A stretch of DNA of 61,539 nucleotides from Actinomycetes bacterium (lineage in GTDB: Bacteria; Actinomycetota; Actinomycetes; S36-B12). Shown here one piece after another: positions 40,413 through 49,859 of the stretch. The stretch's first letter is position 1, and each line of letters starts with the position of its first letter. Both the position numbers and the translations under genes were made by a program. The stretch spans positions 1 through 61,539 of the forward strand of contig BJGE01000005.1 of the NCBI GenBank assembly GCA_014190275.1, written 5' to 3'. The notes below the pieces were generated by a model that saw only the letters and a program-made list of their open reading frames with translations, did no database searches and was not told the DNA's origin.

Positions 40413-40750
40413 GCGAGTGCCTGTTCTGCCGCATTGTCGCCGGGGAGATCCCGGCCGATGAGGTGATGCGTACCGATGAGGTGGTGGCATTTCGCGATAT
40501 CTCACCGCAGGCCCCGGTGCACGTACTGGTCATCCCGACCGCCCACTTTGTAGATGCCAGGGCGATGTCTACCTCGGATCCGCAATTGGCTGGCAATTTG
40601 ATCAAAGCTGCTACCGATGTCGCGGCGGCCGAAGGGCTCGAGGGTGGCTACCGAATCGTTTTTAATACCGGTGACGATGGTGGTCAAACCGTTCACCATG
40701 TTCATGCCCACGTGCTCGGTGGCCGGTCAATGAAGTGGCCACCTGGATGA
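40409..40750 (+). CDS. Histidine triad (HIT) nucleotide-binding protein
   Basis: CLFCRI, F.DI.PQAP.HVLVIP, GQTV.HVHAHVLGG, WPPG. Confidence 0.94.
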   Translation: MSECLFCRIVAGEIPADEVMRTDEVVAFRDISPQAPVHVLVIPTAHFVDARAMSTSDPQLAGNLIKAATDVAAAEGLEGGYRIVFNTGDDGGQTVHHVHAHVLGGRSMKWPPG

Positions 40751-41733
40751 GCACTCCAGCCGCGGAAGCCCCCAAAGCTCAAGCCAAGATCACGGTGCCG
40801 CATTCACAATCCATGGTGGCGCTGATTGGCTCCGATGATGAGTTTTTGCGCCTCCTCGAAAATGCATTTCCAGAGTGTGACATCTTGGTGCGCGGCAATG
40901 AGATCACGCTGACAGGCGCTGCTGGTGATGTTGGCATGATCGAAATCTTCTTCAGCGAGATGTTGGCGATGCTTAGAACAGGTCAACCGCTGAGCGCGGA
41001 GTCCGTTGACCGCAGTATTTCACTGCTTAGAGCAGGAGCCCGGCCTTCAGAAGTCTTGACTTCCAATATCCTGAGCAATCGCGGTCGCACTATTCGCGCG
41101 AAGACCATGAATCAGAAACGCTATGTTGATGCAATCGACAACAACACGGTGGTATTTGGTATTGGCCCGGCTGGTACCGGCAAAACCTATCTTGCGGTAG
41201 CAAAAGCTGTACAGGCACTGCAAGACAAGCGGGTGAATCGAATTGTCCTGACTCGACCAGCGGTCGAGGCCGGTGAGCGTTTGGGTTTTCTGCCCGGCAC
41301 ATTGTCGGAGAAGATTGATCCTTATCTGCGACCGCTTTACGATGCCTTGCACGACATGATTGATCCGGACTCAATCCCGAGGCTGATCACCAGCGGGACT
41401 ATCGAGATAGCCCCACTTGCGTATATGCGCGGACGTACATTAAATGACGCTTTCATCATTCTCGACGAAGCCCAAAACACTTCGGCTGAGCAAATGAAAA
41501 TGTTCCTAACCCGGCTTGGGTTTGGTTCGACGATGGTTATCACCGGCGACGTCACCCAGGTTGATCTGCCCAGCGGTACCACTAGCGGCCTTAGGGTGGT
41601 GGGCGAGATCCTTGAGGGTATTGACGATGTGGCTTTTTGTCGCCTCACCTCGCAGGACGTGGTCAGGCACAAACTAGTCGGACGAATTGTGGAGGCCTAC
41701 GACCGTTACGACGCCGAGCGGGCACCTAAGTGA
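40747..41733 (+). CDS. phoH: PhoH family ATPase
   Basis: GPAGTGKT, LTRPAVEAGE.LGFLPG, AYMRGRTL, DEAQN, DVVRH. Confidence 0.95.
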   Translation: MSTPAAEAPKAQAKITVPHSQSMVALIGSDDEFLRLLENAFPECDILVRGNEITLTGAAGDVGMIEIFFSEMLAMLRTGQPLSAESVDRSISLLRAGARPSEVLTSNILSNRGRTIRAKTMNQKRYVDAIDNNTVVFGIGPAGTGKTYLAVAKAVQALQDKRVNRIVLTRPAVEAGERLGFLPGTLSEKIDPYLRPLYDALHDMIDPDSIPRLITSGTIEIAPLAYMRGRTLNDAFIILDEAQNTSAEQMKMFLTRLGFGSTMVITGDVTQVDLPSGTTSGLRVVGEILEGIDDVAFCRLTSQDVVRHKLVGRIVEAYDRYDAERAPK

Positions 41734-41743
41734 GGCACTTGCC

Positions 41744-42217
41744 ATGATCGGGTCTGGAGTAATTGTCTCGAATGAATCCATGTTTGAGTGCGACACCCTG
41801 GCGCTGGTGCAGTTGGCCGGACTGCTCTTCGCAGAGTTGCGCATACATCCAGACGTGGAGTTAGGTATTCGACTAGTCGATGTCGATGAGATGACGAAAC
41901 TGCACGTGCAGTGGATGGGTGAACCGGGGCCGACCGACGTCCTGTCCTTTCCGATGGATGAACTCCGCAGTGCCCCTGCTGGAGTAGACCCACAATCAGG
42001 CTTACTCGGAGACATCGTGCTCTGCCCCGAGGTGGCAGCAGCACAGGCTTCAGAATTCTTGCGCACCCTTGATCAGGAATTGCAATTCTTGACCATCCAC
42101 GGGGTGCTCCACTTGATTGGTTATGACCACATGACGGACGCGGATCACACCCAAATGTTCGGCCTACAAGATGCCTTACTGGCTACCTGGCAACCGCGAA
42201 ATGTTGGGTCTAGATGA
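41744..42217 (+). CDS. ybeY: rRNA maturation endoribonuclease YbeY
   Basis: PTDVLSFP, LGDIV, HGVLHLIGYDH. Confidence 0.94.
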   Translation: MIGSGVIVSNESMFECDTLALVQLAGLLFAELRIHPDVELGIRLVDVDEMTKLHVQWMGEPGPTDVLSFPMDELRSAPAGVDPQSGLLGDIVLCPEVAAAQASEFLRTLDQELQFLTIHGVLHLIGYDHMTDADHTQMFGLQDALLATWQPRNVGSR

Positions 42218-43539
42218 CGGCCGTGGATATTTGGTGCATCGTCATAACGGTGGTGCTTGTAGGTCTAGCTGGCTTACTGATCAGTGTCGAGACCGCCATA
42301 AATAAAGTCTCGCGCGGTCGAATCGAGGACATAAAGCGCGAGTCGGGTAAACGTGCTTCGAAATTGTTGCTGATCCTGCAGGATCGTGCGCGATACGTGA
42401 ATGTGTTGCTCTTTTTGTCAACATCAGCAACGGTAACCGCGACCGCGTTGGTGACATTTGTTTCCTATGACACATTCACCGTGAATGGCGCTTGGTCGAT
42501 CGGAGGGGCCTTGGCTTTCGCGGTCGCCATTATGGTGGTTATCGCGTACATAGCCCTGGGAGTGGCGCCCCGAACTTTGGGGCGTCAGCATGCTGAGCAG
42601 ATTGCGCTAGCCACCGCGGGACCGGTGCGACTCCTGGCCGCGATCCTCGGTCCGTTGGCAAATTTATTGATTCATCTAGGCAATGCGCTAACGCCAGGCA
42701 AGGGTTTCCCCGAGGGACCTTTTGCGTCCCAAGCGGAGTTGCGCGATCTCGTTGATCAGGCCAAGGCCGACAGCCTGATCGAAGATGATGAACGCCAGAT
42801 GATTCACTCGGTATTTGAACTAGGTGACACTTTTGTAAAAGAAGTGATGGTGCCACGAACCGAGGTCGTATTTATCGAGCGTACCAAGTCACTGCGCCAG
42901 GCGATGTCCCTCGGGCTACGTTCTGGATTTTCCAGGATCCCAGTAATTGGCGAAAACTCGGATGACGTAGTTGGAATTGTGTATCTAAAAGACATGATGC
43001 GGCGAACTTTCGAGCACCGCGAGTCCGAAAATGATGAGCGGGTAGAGAGTTTGATGCGCGCACCGTATTTCGTACCTGATAGCAAGCCCGTTGATGCCTT
43101 ACTTCGTGATATGCAGACTGCGCGTGTTCACATGGCTATTGCGGTAGATGAATACGGCGGCACAGCCGGATTAGTGACCATTGAGGATGCCCTTGAAGAG
43201 ATCGTGGGCGAGATTGCCGATGAGTACGACACCGCCGCCCCCGAGGTCGCGCAGTTAACCGATGGTGCGTTCCGGGTCAGTGCCCGACTTCATGTTGAGG
43301 ATTTCGCTGAACTAGTAGGCATCGAGATTGATGGCGATGCGGAAGGGGTAGATACCGTTTTGGGCTTGATGGCCAAACGCCTTGGTCGCGTCCCGATACC
43401 CGGTGCGGCAATCGAGGAGCTCGGCTGGAAACTCACCGCCGAACAGGGGGCAGGGCGACGAAACCGGATCGGGGCAGTGCTCGTCGAGCCGGTTACTAGC
43501 CTGGCCAGACCCGATCTGGGAAGCGCTGCTAGTGAGTGA
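42214..43539 (+). CDS. HlyC/CorC (CNNM) family membrane protein with CBS pair
   Basis: N-terminal TMs, EVMVPR, GFSRIPV, VDEYGG..GLVT.ED..EEIVGEI.DE, CorC-type C-terminus. Confidence 0.92.
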   Translation: MTAVDIWCIVITVVLVGLAGLLISVETAINKVSRGRIEDIKRESGKRASKLLLILQDRARYVNVLLFLSTSATVTATALVTFVSYDTFTVNGAWSIGGALAFAVAIMVVIAYIALGVAPRTLGRQHAEQIALATAGPVRLLAAILGPLANLLIHLGNALTPGKGFPEGPFASQAELRDLVDQAKADSLIEDDERQMIHSVFELGDTFVKEVMVPRTEVVFIERTKSLRQAMSLGLRSGFSRIPVIGENSDDVVGIVYLKDMMRRTFEHRESENDERVESLMRAPYFVPDSKPVDALLRDMQTARVHMAIAVDEYGGTAGLVTIEDALEEIVGEIADEYDTAAPEVAQLTDGAFRVSARLHVEDFAELVGIEIDGDAEGVDTVLGLMAKRLGRVPIPGAAIEELGWKLTAEQGAGRRNRIGAVLVEPVTSLARPDLGSAASE

Positions 43540-43864
43540 CGAATTAACTGTTGAAGATGCGAAATTAGTGACTTTAGCCCAAGGTGCACGAGGCCGAATC
43601 GCGGCAGTGCAAGGCGCTGCGGTGCGCGACCAAATGGGGCGCACCTACTCGGCGGCGAATGTGGGTGCTGGGGAGTTTCGGCTATCGGCAACCCAGCTAG
43701 TAGTTGCGCAAGCACTCGCGGCGGGTGCTAGCGGACTGGAGCTGGCGGTTGTTCTTGGCGTAGAGCAAGTCGATCTGGAATTGCTGAGAGCTTTTGCTGG
43801 TACCGGGGTGGCAGTCCTGCGTTGCTCGGTAACCGGGGAGATCCTTGAGCGGCTGTCGACGTGA
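43532..43864 (+). CDS. Cytidine deaminase-like protein lacking the catalytic Zn motifs
   Basis: GAAVRD..GRTY.A.NV N-terminus of the Cdd fold and the usual position before era; no (C/H)AE or PCxxC. Confidence 0.7.
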   Translation: MSDELTVEDAKLVTLAQGARGRIAAVQGAAVRDQMGRTYSAANVGAGEFRLSATQLVVAQALAAGASGLELAVVLGVEQVDLELLRAFAGTGVAVLRCSVTGEILERLST

Positions 43865-44775
43865 GTCACCGCAGTGGGTTCGTCTCGATCGTTGGTCGCC
43901 CAAATGCGGGTAAATCCACTCTCACCAATGCCCTTGTTGGGCAAAAGATCGCTATCACCTCGGATCGACCGCAAACCACGAGGCGTGCGATCCGCGGCAT
44001 CCTTACCCGTGCTGATGCCCAGATAATTCTTGTTGATACTCCCGGGTTGCACCGGCCCCGTACCCTACTCGGTGAACGTTTGAACGAAGAGGTGCGCGAA
44101 ACCTGGTCAAGCGTTGATGTCATTGGCCTGTGCCTACCGGCAAATGAGGAGATCGGGCCCGGTGACAAGTTCATTGCAAAGCAAATTATTGCGCTGAGTC
44201 GCACACCTATAGTGGTGATCGTCACCAAAGCAGACACCGTTTCGCGCGCCTTGCTGGCCGAGCACTTGCATCAGGTAGGGGAACTTGCGGGCGAATTAGA
44301 TGGCACCTGGGCGTCAATCGTGCCGGTTTCGGCTGTCAGCGGTGAGAACATCACGGTGCTCGCCGATGAGTTTGCGGCGCTGCTACCTGAGGGTCCGCTG
44401 CTCTACCCCGATGGTGAAGTAACCGATGAGCCGCTCGAGATTGCGGTGGCTGAACTCATTCGCGAAGCGGCCCTTGAGGGGGTGTCCGATGAGTTGCCCC
44501 ACTCAATTGCGGTTGTCATTGACGAGATGGGCCTTCGGGAGGGCCGGCCTGATGATCGGCCGCTCACCGATATTCGTGCACTGCTTTACGTAGAACGCGA
44601 TAGCCAAAAGGCGATTGTCATCGGCAAGGGTGGGGCGCGCCTGAAATACGTCGGTACCGCGGCCCGTGGGGGGATCGAGAGATTGCTGGGGACGAAGGTT
44701 TTCTTGGAGATCCACGTCAAGGTCGCCAAGGATTGGCAGCGCGACCCCAAGGCACTTCGGCGGTTGGGTTTTTGA
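43861..44775 (+). CDS. era: GTPase Era
   Basis: GRPNAGKSTL, PQTTR, DTPG, ELPHS, SQK.IVIGKGG KH domain. Confidence 0.97.
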   Translation: MSHRSGFVSIVGRPNAGKSTLTNALVGQKIAITSDRPQTTRRAIRGILTRADAQIILVDTPGLHRPRTLLGERLNEEVRETWSSVDVIGLCLPANEEIGPGDKFIAKQIIALSRTPIVVIVTKADTVSRALLAEHLHQVGELAGELDGTWASIVPVSAVSGENITVLADEFAALLPEGPLLYPDGEVTDEPLEIAVAELIREAALEGVSDELPHSIAVVIDEMGLREGRPDDRPLTDIRALLYVERDSQKAIVIGKGGARLKYVGTAARGGIERLLGTKVFLEIHVKVAKDWQRDPKALRRLGF

Positions 44776-44826
44776 TTTGCGGGTGCGGCGTCCTAGGCCC
44801 GCCCCTTTATTAGGAGACAATGGGCT

Positions 44827-45588
44827 GTGCCGATCTACCGTGACGAAGCCATCGTGCTGCGAACCCAAAAATTGGGGGAAGCCGATCGTATTGTCACCCT
44901 GCTAAGCCGTGGCCACGGGCGTATTCGATGTGTTGCTCGGGGGGTGCGCAAAACTTCGAGTCGAATAGGTGCCCGCCTTGAGCCATTTGGCCACGTAGAT
45001 GTTCAATTGTATGAGGGCCGGTCCCTTGACACCGTCTCCCAGGTTGAGTCCCTTGATGCTTTTGGTGCGGTGCTCTCGGGGGATTACAGCCGCTGGACAT
45101 CTGGTACGGCGATGCTTGAAACCGCGGAGCGGCTAACCCCAGAAGAACGGGAGCCGGCCGTGCAGCAGTACACGCTCCTAGTCCTGGGGCTTCGGTCACT
45201 AACCGCAAATGAACACGATGGAGGTTTGATCCTCGACTCCTATCTACTACGGTCACTTGCTGTGGCCGGGTGGTCACCATCTTTTGACGGGTGTGCCAGA
45301 TGCAGTGCTCCTGGCCCGCATCGAGCATTTTCAGTGCAATCCGGTGGCATGGTTTGTGTCGATTGCCGGCCACCGGGTGCTGCGGCCCCGGCCCCGGAAA
45401 CGGTCGCGTTACTCGGCGCCCTCCTTAGCGGTGATTGGGCGGTGGCGGACTCGAGTGAGCAGCGCCATCGGCGTGAGGCCAGTGGGCTGGTCGCCGCTTT
45501 CCTGCAGTGGCATCTGGAGCGTGGACTGCGATCATTGCCTTTGGTTGATCGAACAATTTCGGCAGATCATGTTTGGATGGGGGCATGA
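44827..45588 (+). CDS. recO: DNA repair protein RecO
   Basis: VLR...[16 protein letters not shown], CxxC...CxxC Zn finger, LRSL. Confidence 0.95.
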   Translation: MPIYRDEAIVLRTQKLGEADRIVTLLSRGHGRIRCVARGVRKTSSRIGARLEPFGHVDVQLYEGRSLDTVSQVESLDAFGAVLSGDYSRWTSGTAMLETAERLTPEEREPAVQQYTLLVLGLRSLTANEHDGGLILDSYLLRSLAVAGWSPSFDGCARCSAPGPHRAFSVQSGGMVCVDCRPPGAAAPAPETVALLGALLSGDWAVADSSEQRHRREASGLVAAFLQWHLERGLRSLPLVDRTISADHVWMGA

Positions 45589-46394
45589 CGCGGCAGCCCC
45601 AACAAATCCGCCCCAAACCACATGCGTCCGGAGCCATGGCCCCGAAAATCCCCGTTGACTTAATTCCACGCCATGTCGCGATCGTGATGGACGGCAATGG
45701 CCGCTGGGCCAAGGAGCGTGGGTTACCGCGAACCGCAGGACACGAGGCGGGTGAGGCGAGCCTATTTGACTGTGTCGAAGGTGCACTTGAGCTTGGCATC
45801 GGTTGGCTATCGGCGTACGCCTTCTCGACCGAGAATTGGAAACGCTCACCGGATGAAGTCAAGTTCTTGATGGGCTTCAATCGTGACGTAATTCGTCGCC
45901 GGCGCGATGAAATGAACGAACTGGGGGTGCGGGTTCGGTGGTCTGGGCGGCGACCCAAATTGTGGCGCAGTGTCATCACCGAACTTCAGACTGCCGAGCA
46001 ATTAACCGCGAAGAACACCAGGCTCACCTTGACTATGTGTGTCAATTACGGAGGCCGAGCTGAGATAGCCGATGCGGCAGCCGCGATTGCTAGAGAAGTA
46101 CAAGCGGGGCGTCTAGATCCGGACAGGATCAACGAGCGGATGTTTCACCGCTATCTGGATGAGCCAGACATGCCAGACGTCGATCTTTTCGTGCGATCAT
46201 CAGGGGAGCAGCGCACGAGCAACTTTCTGCTCTGGCAATCGGCCTACGCCGAAATGGTGTTCCTGGATACTTTGTGGCCGGATTTTGATCGACGCCAACT
46301 GTGGCACGCATGTGAGATTTATGCGGCACGTGATCGTCGCTACGGGGGAGCGGCACCTAATTCGGAGCTGGGCAAGGCTGGATCTAGCTCTTGA
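45585..46394 (+). CDS. uppS: cis-prenyltransferase (UppS-type)
   Basis: [43 protein letters not shown]. Confidence 0.95.
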   Translation: MTRQPQQIRPKPHASGAMAPKIPVDLIPRHVAIVMDGNGRWAKERGLPRTAGHEAGEASLFDCVEGALELGIGWLSAYAFSTENWKRSPDEVKFLMGFNRDVIRRRRDEMNELGVRVRWSGRRPKLWRSVITELQTAEQLTAKNTRLTLTMCVNYGGRAEIADAAAAIAREVQAGRLDPDRINERMFHRYLDEPDMPDVDLFVRSSGEQRTSNFLLWQSAYAEMVFLDTLWPDFDRRQLWHACEIYAARDRRYGGAAPNSELGKAGSSS

Positions 46395-46543
46395 CCGGAC
46401 ACGAGCATGACTTGGCCCAGACCGCCCAGCGAGCCTGGCGCCCGGAGGTGGCACTGGGACCGATAATTTGATGCCCTTGGTTCAGGTGCGCACCAGCACC
46501 GCAGTTCCCGAACCGCTGAATCCCGATGACTTAATGCAATTAA

Positions 46544-46936
46544 CTAAATGCGCCCCATGAACTTATAGATGGCGATGCCCACCACCGCAATCACCACGAC
46601 CAGGCGCAGGAGGCGGGAGACGAAGCCCAGAACCGGCCAAGAAAGCACGAGCAACCACCCGAGGAAGAAGGCGACGAGCAGCAGCAAGATGCCGCCGAGC
46701 CAGGCGAGATCGCCGGTTTGGATCAGGCCGAGGAACAGCGCAAGGGCCGTGAGTATGACCAGCAACCAGCGCGGGACCCGGTGCAATAGCACCAAGATCG
46801 GAAAACTTTTTCGCTCGAGCGCTTGCCGGCCCGGGCCGGAACTTGAGGCTCCCTTGGCCCTAGGGGCCGGTGCCGACCCGCGGGGGGGTGGCCCACTGGG
46901 CCCGCGGACGCCACTGTTCTTGTCTTTCTTGGCCAT
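46544..46936 (-). CDS. Small membrane protein with Pro/Gly-rich N-terminus (DUF6703-like, tentative)
   Basis: ATG 46936 after GGAGGG; LER.S.P.L..L..VPRWL, three TM, WL..LSWP. Confidence 0.75.
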   Translation of the reverse strand: MAKKDKNSGVRGPSGPPPRGSAPAPRAKGASSSGPGRQALERKSFPILVLLHRVPRWLLVILTALALFLGLIQTGDLAWLGGILLLLVAFFLGWLLVLSWPVLGFVSRLLRLVVVIAVVGIAIYKFMGRI

Positions 46937-46996
46937 GAGTCCCTCCGAGTGTGCCCGCGGCCGACGCGCAGGCGCCGGCCGACTAGCGTCAGCAAT

Positions 46997-47425
46997 GTGT
47001 TTGACCTTAATGCCCTTGCGGATTCCCCAACCTCCGGCCTGATAGTTATTAGTCGATTTCGCGTCCCCGCCGAGCAGGTGGCGGAGTTTGCGGCCACCTC
47101 GCGCAACGCCATTGCAGTCTTGGCTGGCTGCGATGGCTTCATCGAGGCCCTGCTCGGTCAATCCACCGATGAGCCCGATTTGCTGACCATCACTTCGCGG
47201 TGGTTGCACGTGGGTGCGTATCGGCGGGCACTTTCGACCTTTGAGGTTAAAGTTTCGGTCATACCATTACTTTCATTGGCGATTGACGAGTCATCGGCCT
47301 ATGAAATTGTGCACCACCGCACCGAGGATTCGGTAACTGATTCAGCCAGTGGTCTAGCTGCTGATGCGGGATCAATTGGTCTTGGTGACGCCGCCGGACC
47401 GGCAATACGCTCGGTACCGTCATGA
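46997..47425 (+). CDS. Antibiotic biosynthesis monooxygenase (ABM)-like protein
   Basis: RF.V, L....GF, D.P, W..VGAYRRALS..EVK; GTG 46997, 7 nt after TAGCGT. Confidence 0.75.
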   Translation: MFDLNALADSPTSGLIVISRFRVPAEQVAEFAATSRNAIAVLAGCDGFIEALLGQSTDEPDLLTITSRWLHVGAYRRALSTFEVKVSVIPLLSLAIDESSAYEIVHHRTEDSVTDSASGLAADAGSIGLGDAAGPAIRSVPS

Positions 47426-47904
47426 AGTCATTCGAAAATCTAAGTGACGCTGGCGAGAAACTTGCCGAACTGGTGAGAGCCGAGTACTCGCGATCACCAG
47501 TTGTCGTCCTTGCGGTAGTTCCAAATGGCGTGCCGGTGGCACTTCCGGTAGGTCGCGAGCTGGGTGTTCAAGTTCTTGCTTTGCCGGTGCTTCGCACCGA
47601 TGACGGGCCGATAGTTTTCGAGGTGCCTCCGGTAACCGGCTTGCATGTGATCGTCATCGACGATGGTGTTGAAACGGGGGCGGTGGCCCGGGTAGCAGCC
47701 CAGGTGATCACGAAGCTGAATCCAGCATCACTGGCTCTGGCCGTGCCAGTGTGCCCGCGGGAGTCGATGGCAGATCTGACTCGGCGCTATGACCAAATCA
47801 TCGCGATCGACAAGCCCTTGGTGCATAGGTCTTTGGCTTGGCATTACTTGGATTTTGACACAATTAGCGAAACCTCGGCACTGCAATTGCTCGCTGACCA
47901 GTAG
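47422..47904 (+). CDS. Short phosphoribosyltransferase-like protein
   Basis: AG..LA, GVPVA, VIVIDDGVETG PRPP-loop-like motif, LAVPV, Y.DF. Confidence 0.75.
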   Translation: MKSFENLSDAGEKLAELVRAEYSRSPVVVLAVVPNGVPVALPVGRELGVQVLALPVLRTDDGPIVFEVPPVTGLHVIVIDDGVETGAVARVAAQVITKLNPASLALAVPVCPRESMADLTRRYDQIIAIDKPLVHRSLAWHYLDFDTISETSALQLLADQ

Positions 47905-48001
47905 CCGGTGATCAAGCGGGAGCCCGCCGTGCCTACAATTCCATGGTCCGCCGACAGCCAGCCGGAGTGGAGCGCGCCTCGCGCTCAAGAAGGAGCGCAA
48001 A

Positions 48002-49384
48002 ATGGCCACCGATCGTGTTGAAGCCGTAGTCAATTTATGTAAGCGGCGTGGGTTCATCTTCCAGTCCTCCGAGATTTACGGTGGAACTAGGTCCGCCTGG
48101 GATTACGGCCCCAATGGCGTGGAGCTCAAGGACAATATTCGCCGGCAGTGGTGGCAGCACATGGTGCGCGGCCGCGATGACGTTGTCGGCCTTGATTCGT
48201 CGATCATCTTGGCGCCACAGGTTTGGGAGGCATCAGGCCACGTCAATGCATTTGTCGACCCATTGACCGAATGCAAGAAGTGCCATAAGCGCTGGCGAGC
48301 AGATCAACTAATTGAGGCATACCAAGACAAGCACGGCAAGGAGCCGGTCAACGGTCTGGCTGATATCACCTGCACCAACTGTGGCACGAAGGGCGATTTC
48401 ACCGAGCCGCGGGATTTCAATGGCATGCTGCGCACGACCATCGGGGTTGTTGAAGATGCGGGGGCCGTTCACTACCTGCGCCCGGAAACAGCGCAAGGGA
48501 TTTTCGTTAACTATCTAAATGTCATGACGTCAGCCCGCAAAAAGCCGCCATTTGGTATTGGCCAAACAGGTAAGAGTTTTCGAAATGAAATCACGCCGGG
48601 TAACTTTATTTTTCGCACCCGCGAGTTCGAGCAGATGGAGATGGAGTTCTTCGTCGAGCCCGGAACCGATGAGCAGTGGCACGATTACTGGCTTGAGCAG
48701 CGCTGGCAGTGGTATGTCGACCTAGGCTTGGACCCAGAGAACATGAGGTTCTTTGAGCATCCGAAAGAAAAACTCAGCCACTACTCCAAGCGCACTGTCG
48801 ACATCGAGTATCGATTCCGGTTCGCTGGTTCTGAATGGGCCGAACTCGAAGGTATCGCGAACCGCACCGACTTCGATCTGACCACCCACGGTCAGCATTC
48901 GGGCACTGACCTGTCGTATTTCGACCAGGAGAAGAATGAGCGCTGGGTTCCTTACGTAATTGAACCAGCAGCAGGGCTATCGCGGGCGGTTTTGGCTTTC
49001 TTGTTGGAGGCATACGCCGAGGATGAAGCCCCCAATGTCAAGGGCGGTGTCGATACCCGAACAGTGCTGCGTTTTGATCCCCGCCTGGCACCGGTCAAAG
49101 TGGCGGTTCTCCCGTTGTCGCGTAATGCGGATCTTTCGCCCAAGGCGAAGGATCTAGCAGCGGATCTTCGCAAACGCTGGAACGTTGACTTTGACGATGC
49201 TGGCGCGATCGGTCGACGCTACCGGCGCCAGGACGAAGTCGGCACGCCATTTTGTATCACCGTCGACTTCGACACTTTGGAAGATCAGGCCGTCACCATT
49301 CGTGAGCGCGACACCATGCAACAGGAGCGAATCGGGCTGGATGCGGTCGCCGGCTGGCTGGCTGCGCGGTTGCCAGCCTGCTGA
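48002..49384 (+). CDS. glyQS: Glycine--tRNA ligase (single-subunit type)
   Basis: [51 protein letters not shown]; AAGGAG RBS. Confidence 0.97.
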   Translation: MATDRVEAVVNLCKRRGFIFQSSEIYGGTRSAWDYGPNGVELKDNIRRQWWQHMVRGRDDVVGLDSSIILAPQVWEASGHVNAFVDPLTECKKCHKRWRADQLIEAYQDKHGKEPVNGLADITCTNCGTKGDFTEPRDFNGMLRTTIGVVEDAGAVHYLRPETAQGIFVNYLNVMTSARKKPPFGIGQTGKSFRNEITPGNFIFRTREFEQMEMEFFVEPGTDEQWHDYWLEQRWQWYVDLGLDPENMRFFEHPKEKLSHYSKRTVDIEYRFRFAGSEWAELEGIANRTDFDLTTHGQHSGTDLSYFDQEKNERWVPYVIEPAAGLSRAVLAFLLEAYAEDEAPNVKGGVDTRTVLRFDPRLAPVKVAVLPLSRNADLSPKAKDLAADLRKRWNVDFDDAGAIGRRYRRQDEVGTPFCITVDFDTLEDQAVTIRERDTMQQERIGLDAVAGWLAARLPAC

Positions 49385-49409
49385 GCAAGGCGGCTCCACA
49401 AGAAAATCA

Positions 49410-49476
49410 CCCGCCCCGTGGTGAGTTGTTACAAGAAAAAGTGAAGTCTTCTTGCGACAACTCACCATGGGGCGGG
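49410..49476. repeat. Long inverted repeat (28-bp arms) between convergent glyQS and hup; terminator or REP-like element
   Basis: CCCGCCCCGTGGTGAGTTGTTACAAGAA ... TTCTTGCGACAACTCACCATGGGGCGGG; 25/28 complementary, two of the three deviations are G-U compatible on the + strand. Confidence 0.85.
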
Positions 49477-49516
49477 CCCAGCCATACTGGTGTGACTGAA
49501 AAGCTAAGCGGTCTAA

Positions 49517-49795
49517 CTAGTTGCCGGCAACTGCGCGCTTGAGTGACTGCCCGGCGGAAACCTTGACGGCACGCTTTGCGGCAATCTGGAGGGTAGCGCC
49601 GGTCTGCGGATTGCGGCCGGTACGTGCGGCGCGATCTGCGGTCTCAAAAGTCACAAAGCCGGGGATGGTGACTTTCTCGCCCTTAACGAGCTGCGCGGTG
49701 ATAACTGAACTCAAGCCGGCGAGGATCTGGTCAACTGCGGTTGCGGTTGAGCCGGTTTGTGCGGCGATAGCACTGACGAGTTCGGTGCGATTCAT
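49517..49795 (-). CDS. hup: HU family DNA-binding protein
   Basis: MNRTELV.AIA, GF.TF, RAARTGRNPQTG; GAGGA RBS. Confidence 0.95.
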   Translation of the reverse strand: MNRTELVSAIAAQTGSTATAVDQILAGLSSVITAQLVKGEKVTIPGFVTFETADRAARTGRNPQTGATLQIAAKRAVKVSAGQSLKRAVAGN

Positions 49796-49859
49796 GCATT
49801 CCTCCTATTGGAACTAATTGTCAAGCAACGGTAGCACAGCGGGTTGCTGGGCCATTGGA

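Noticed and set aside
47940-48001. T-box or riboswitch upstream of glyQS (or leuS)
   Set aside because: The leaders are too short (about 55 nt after TACAAT for glyQS; about 10 nt for leuS) and show no T-box motif.
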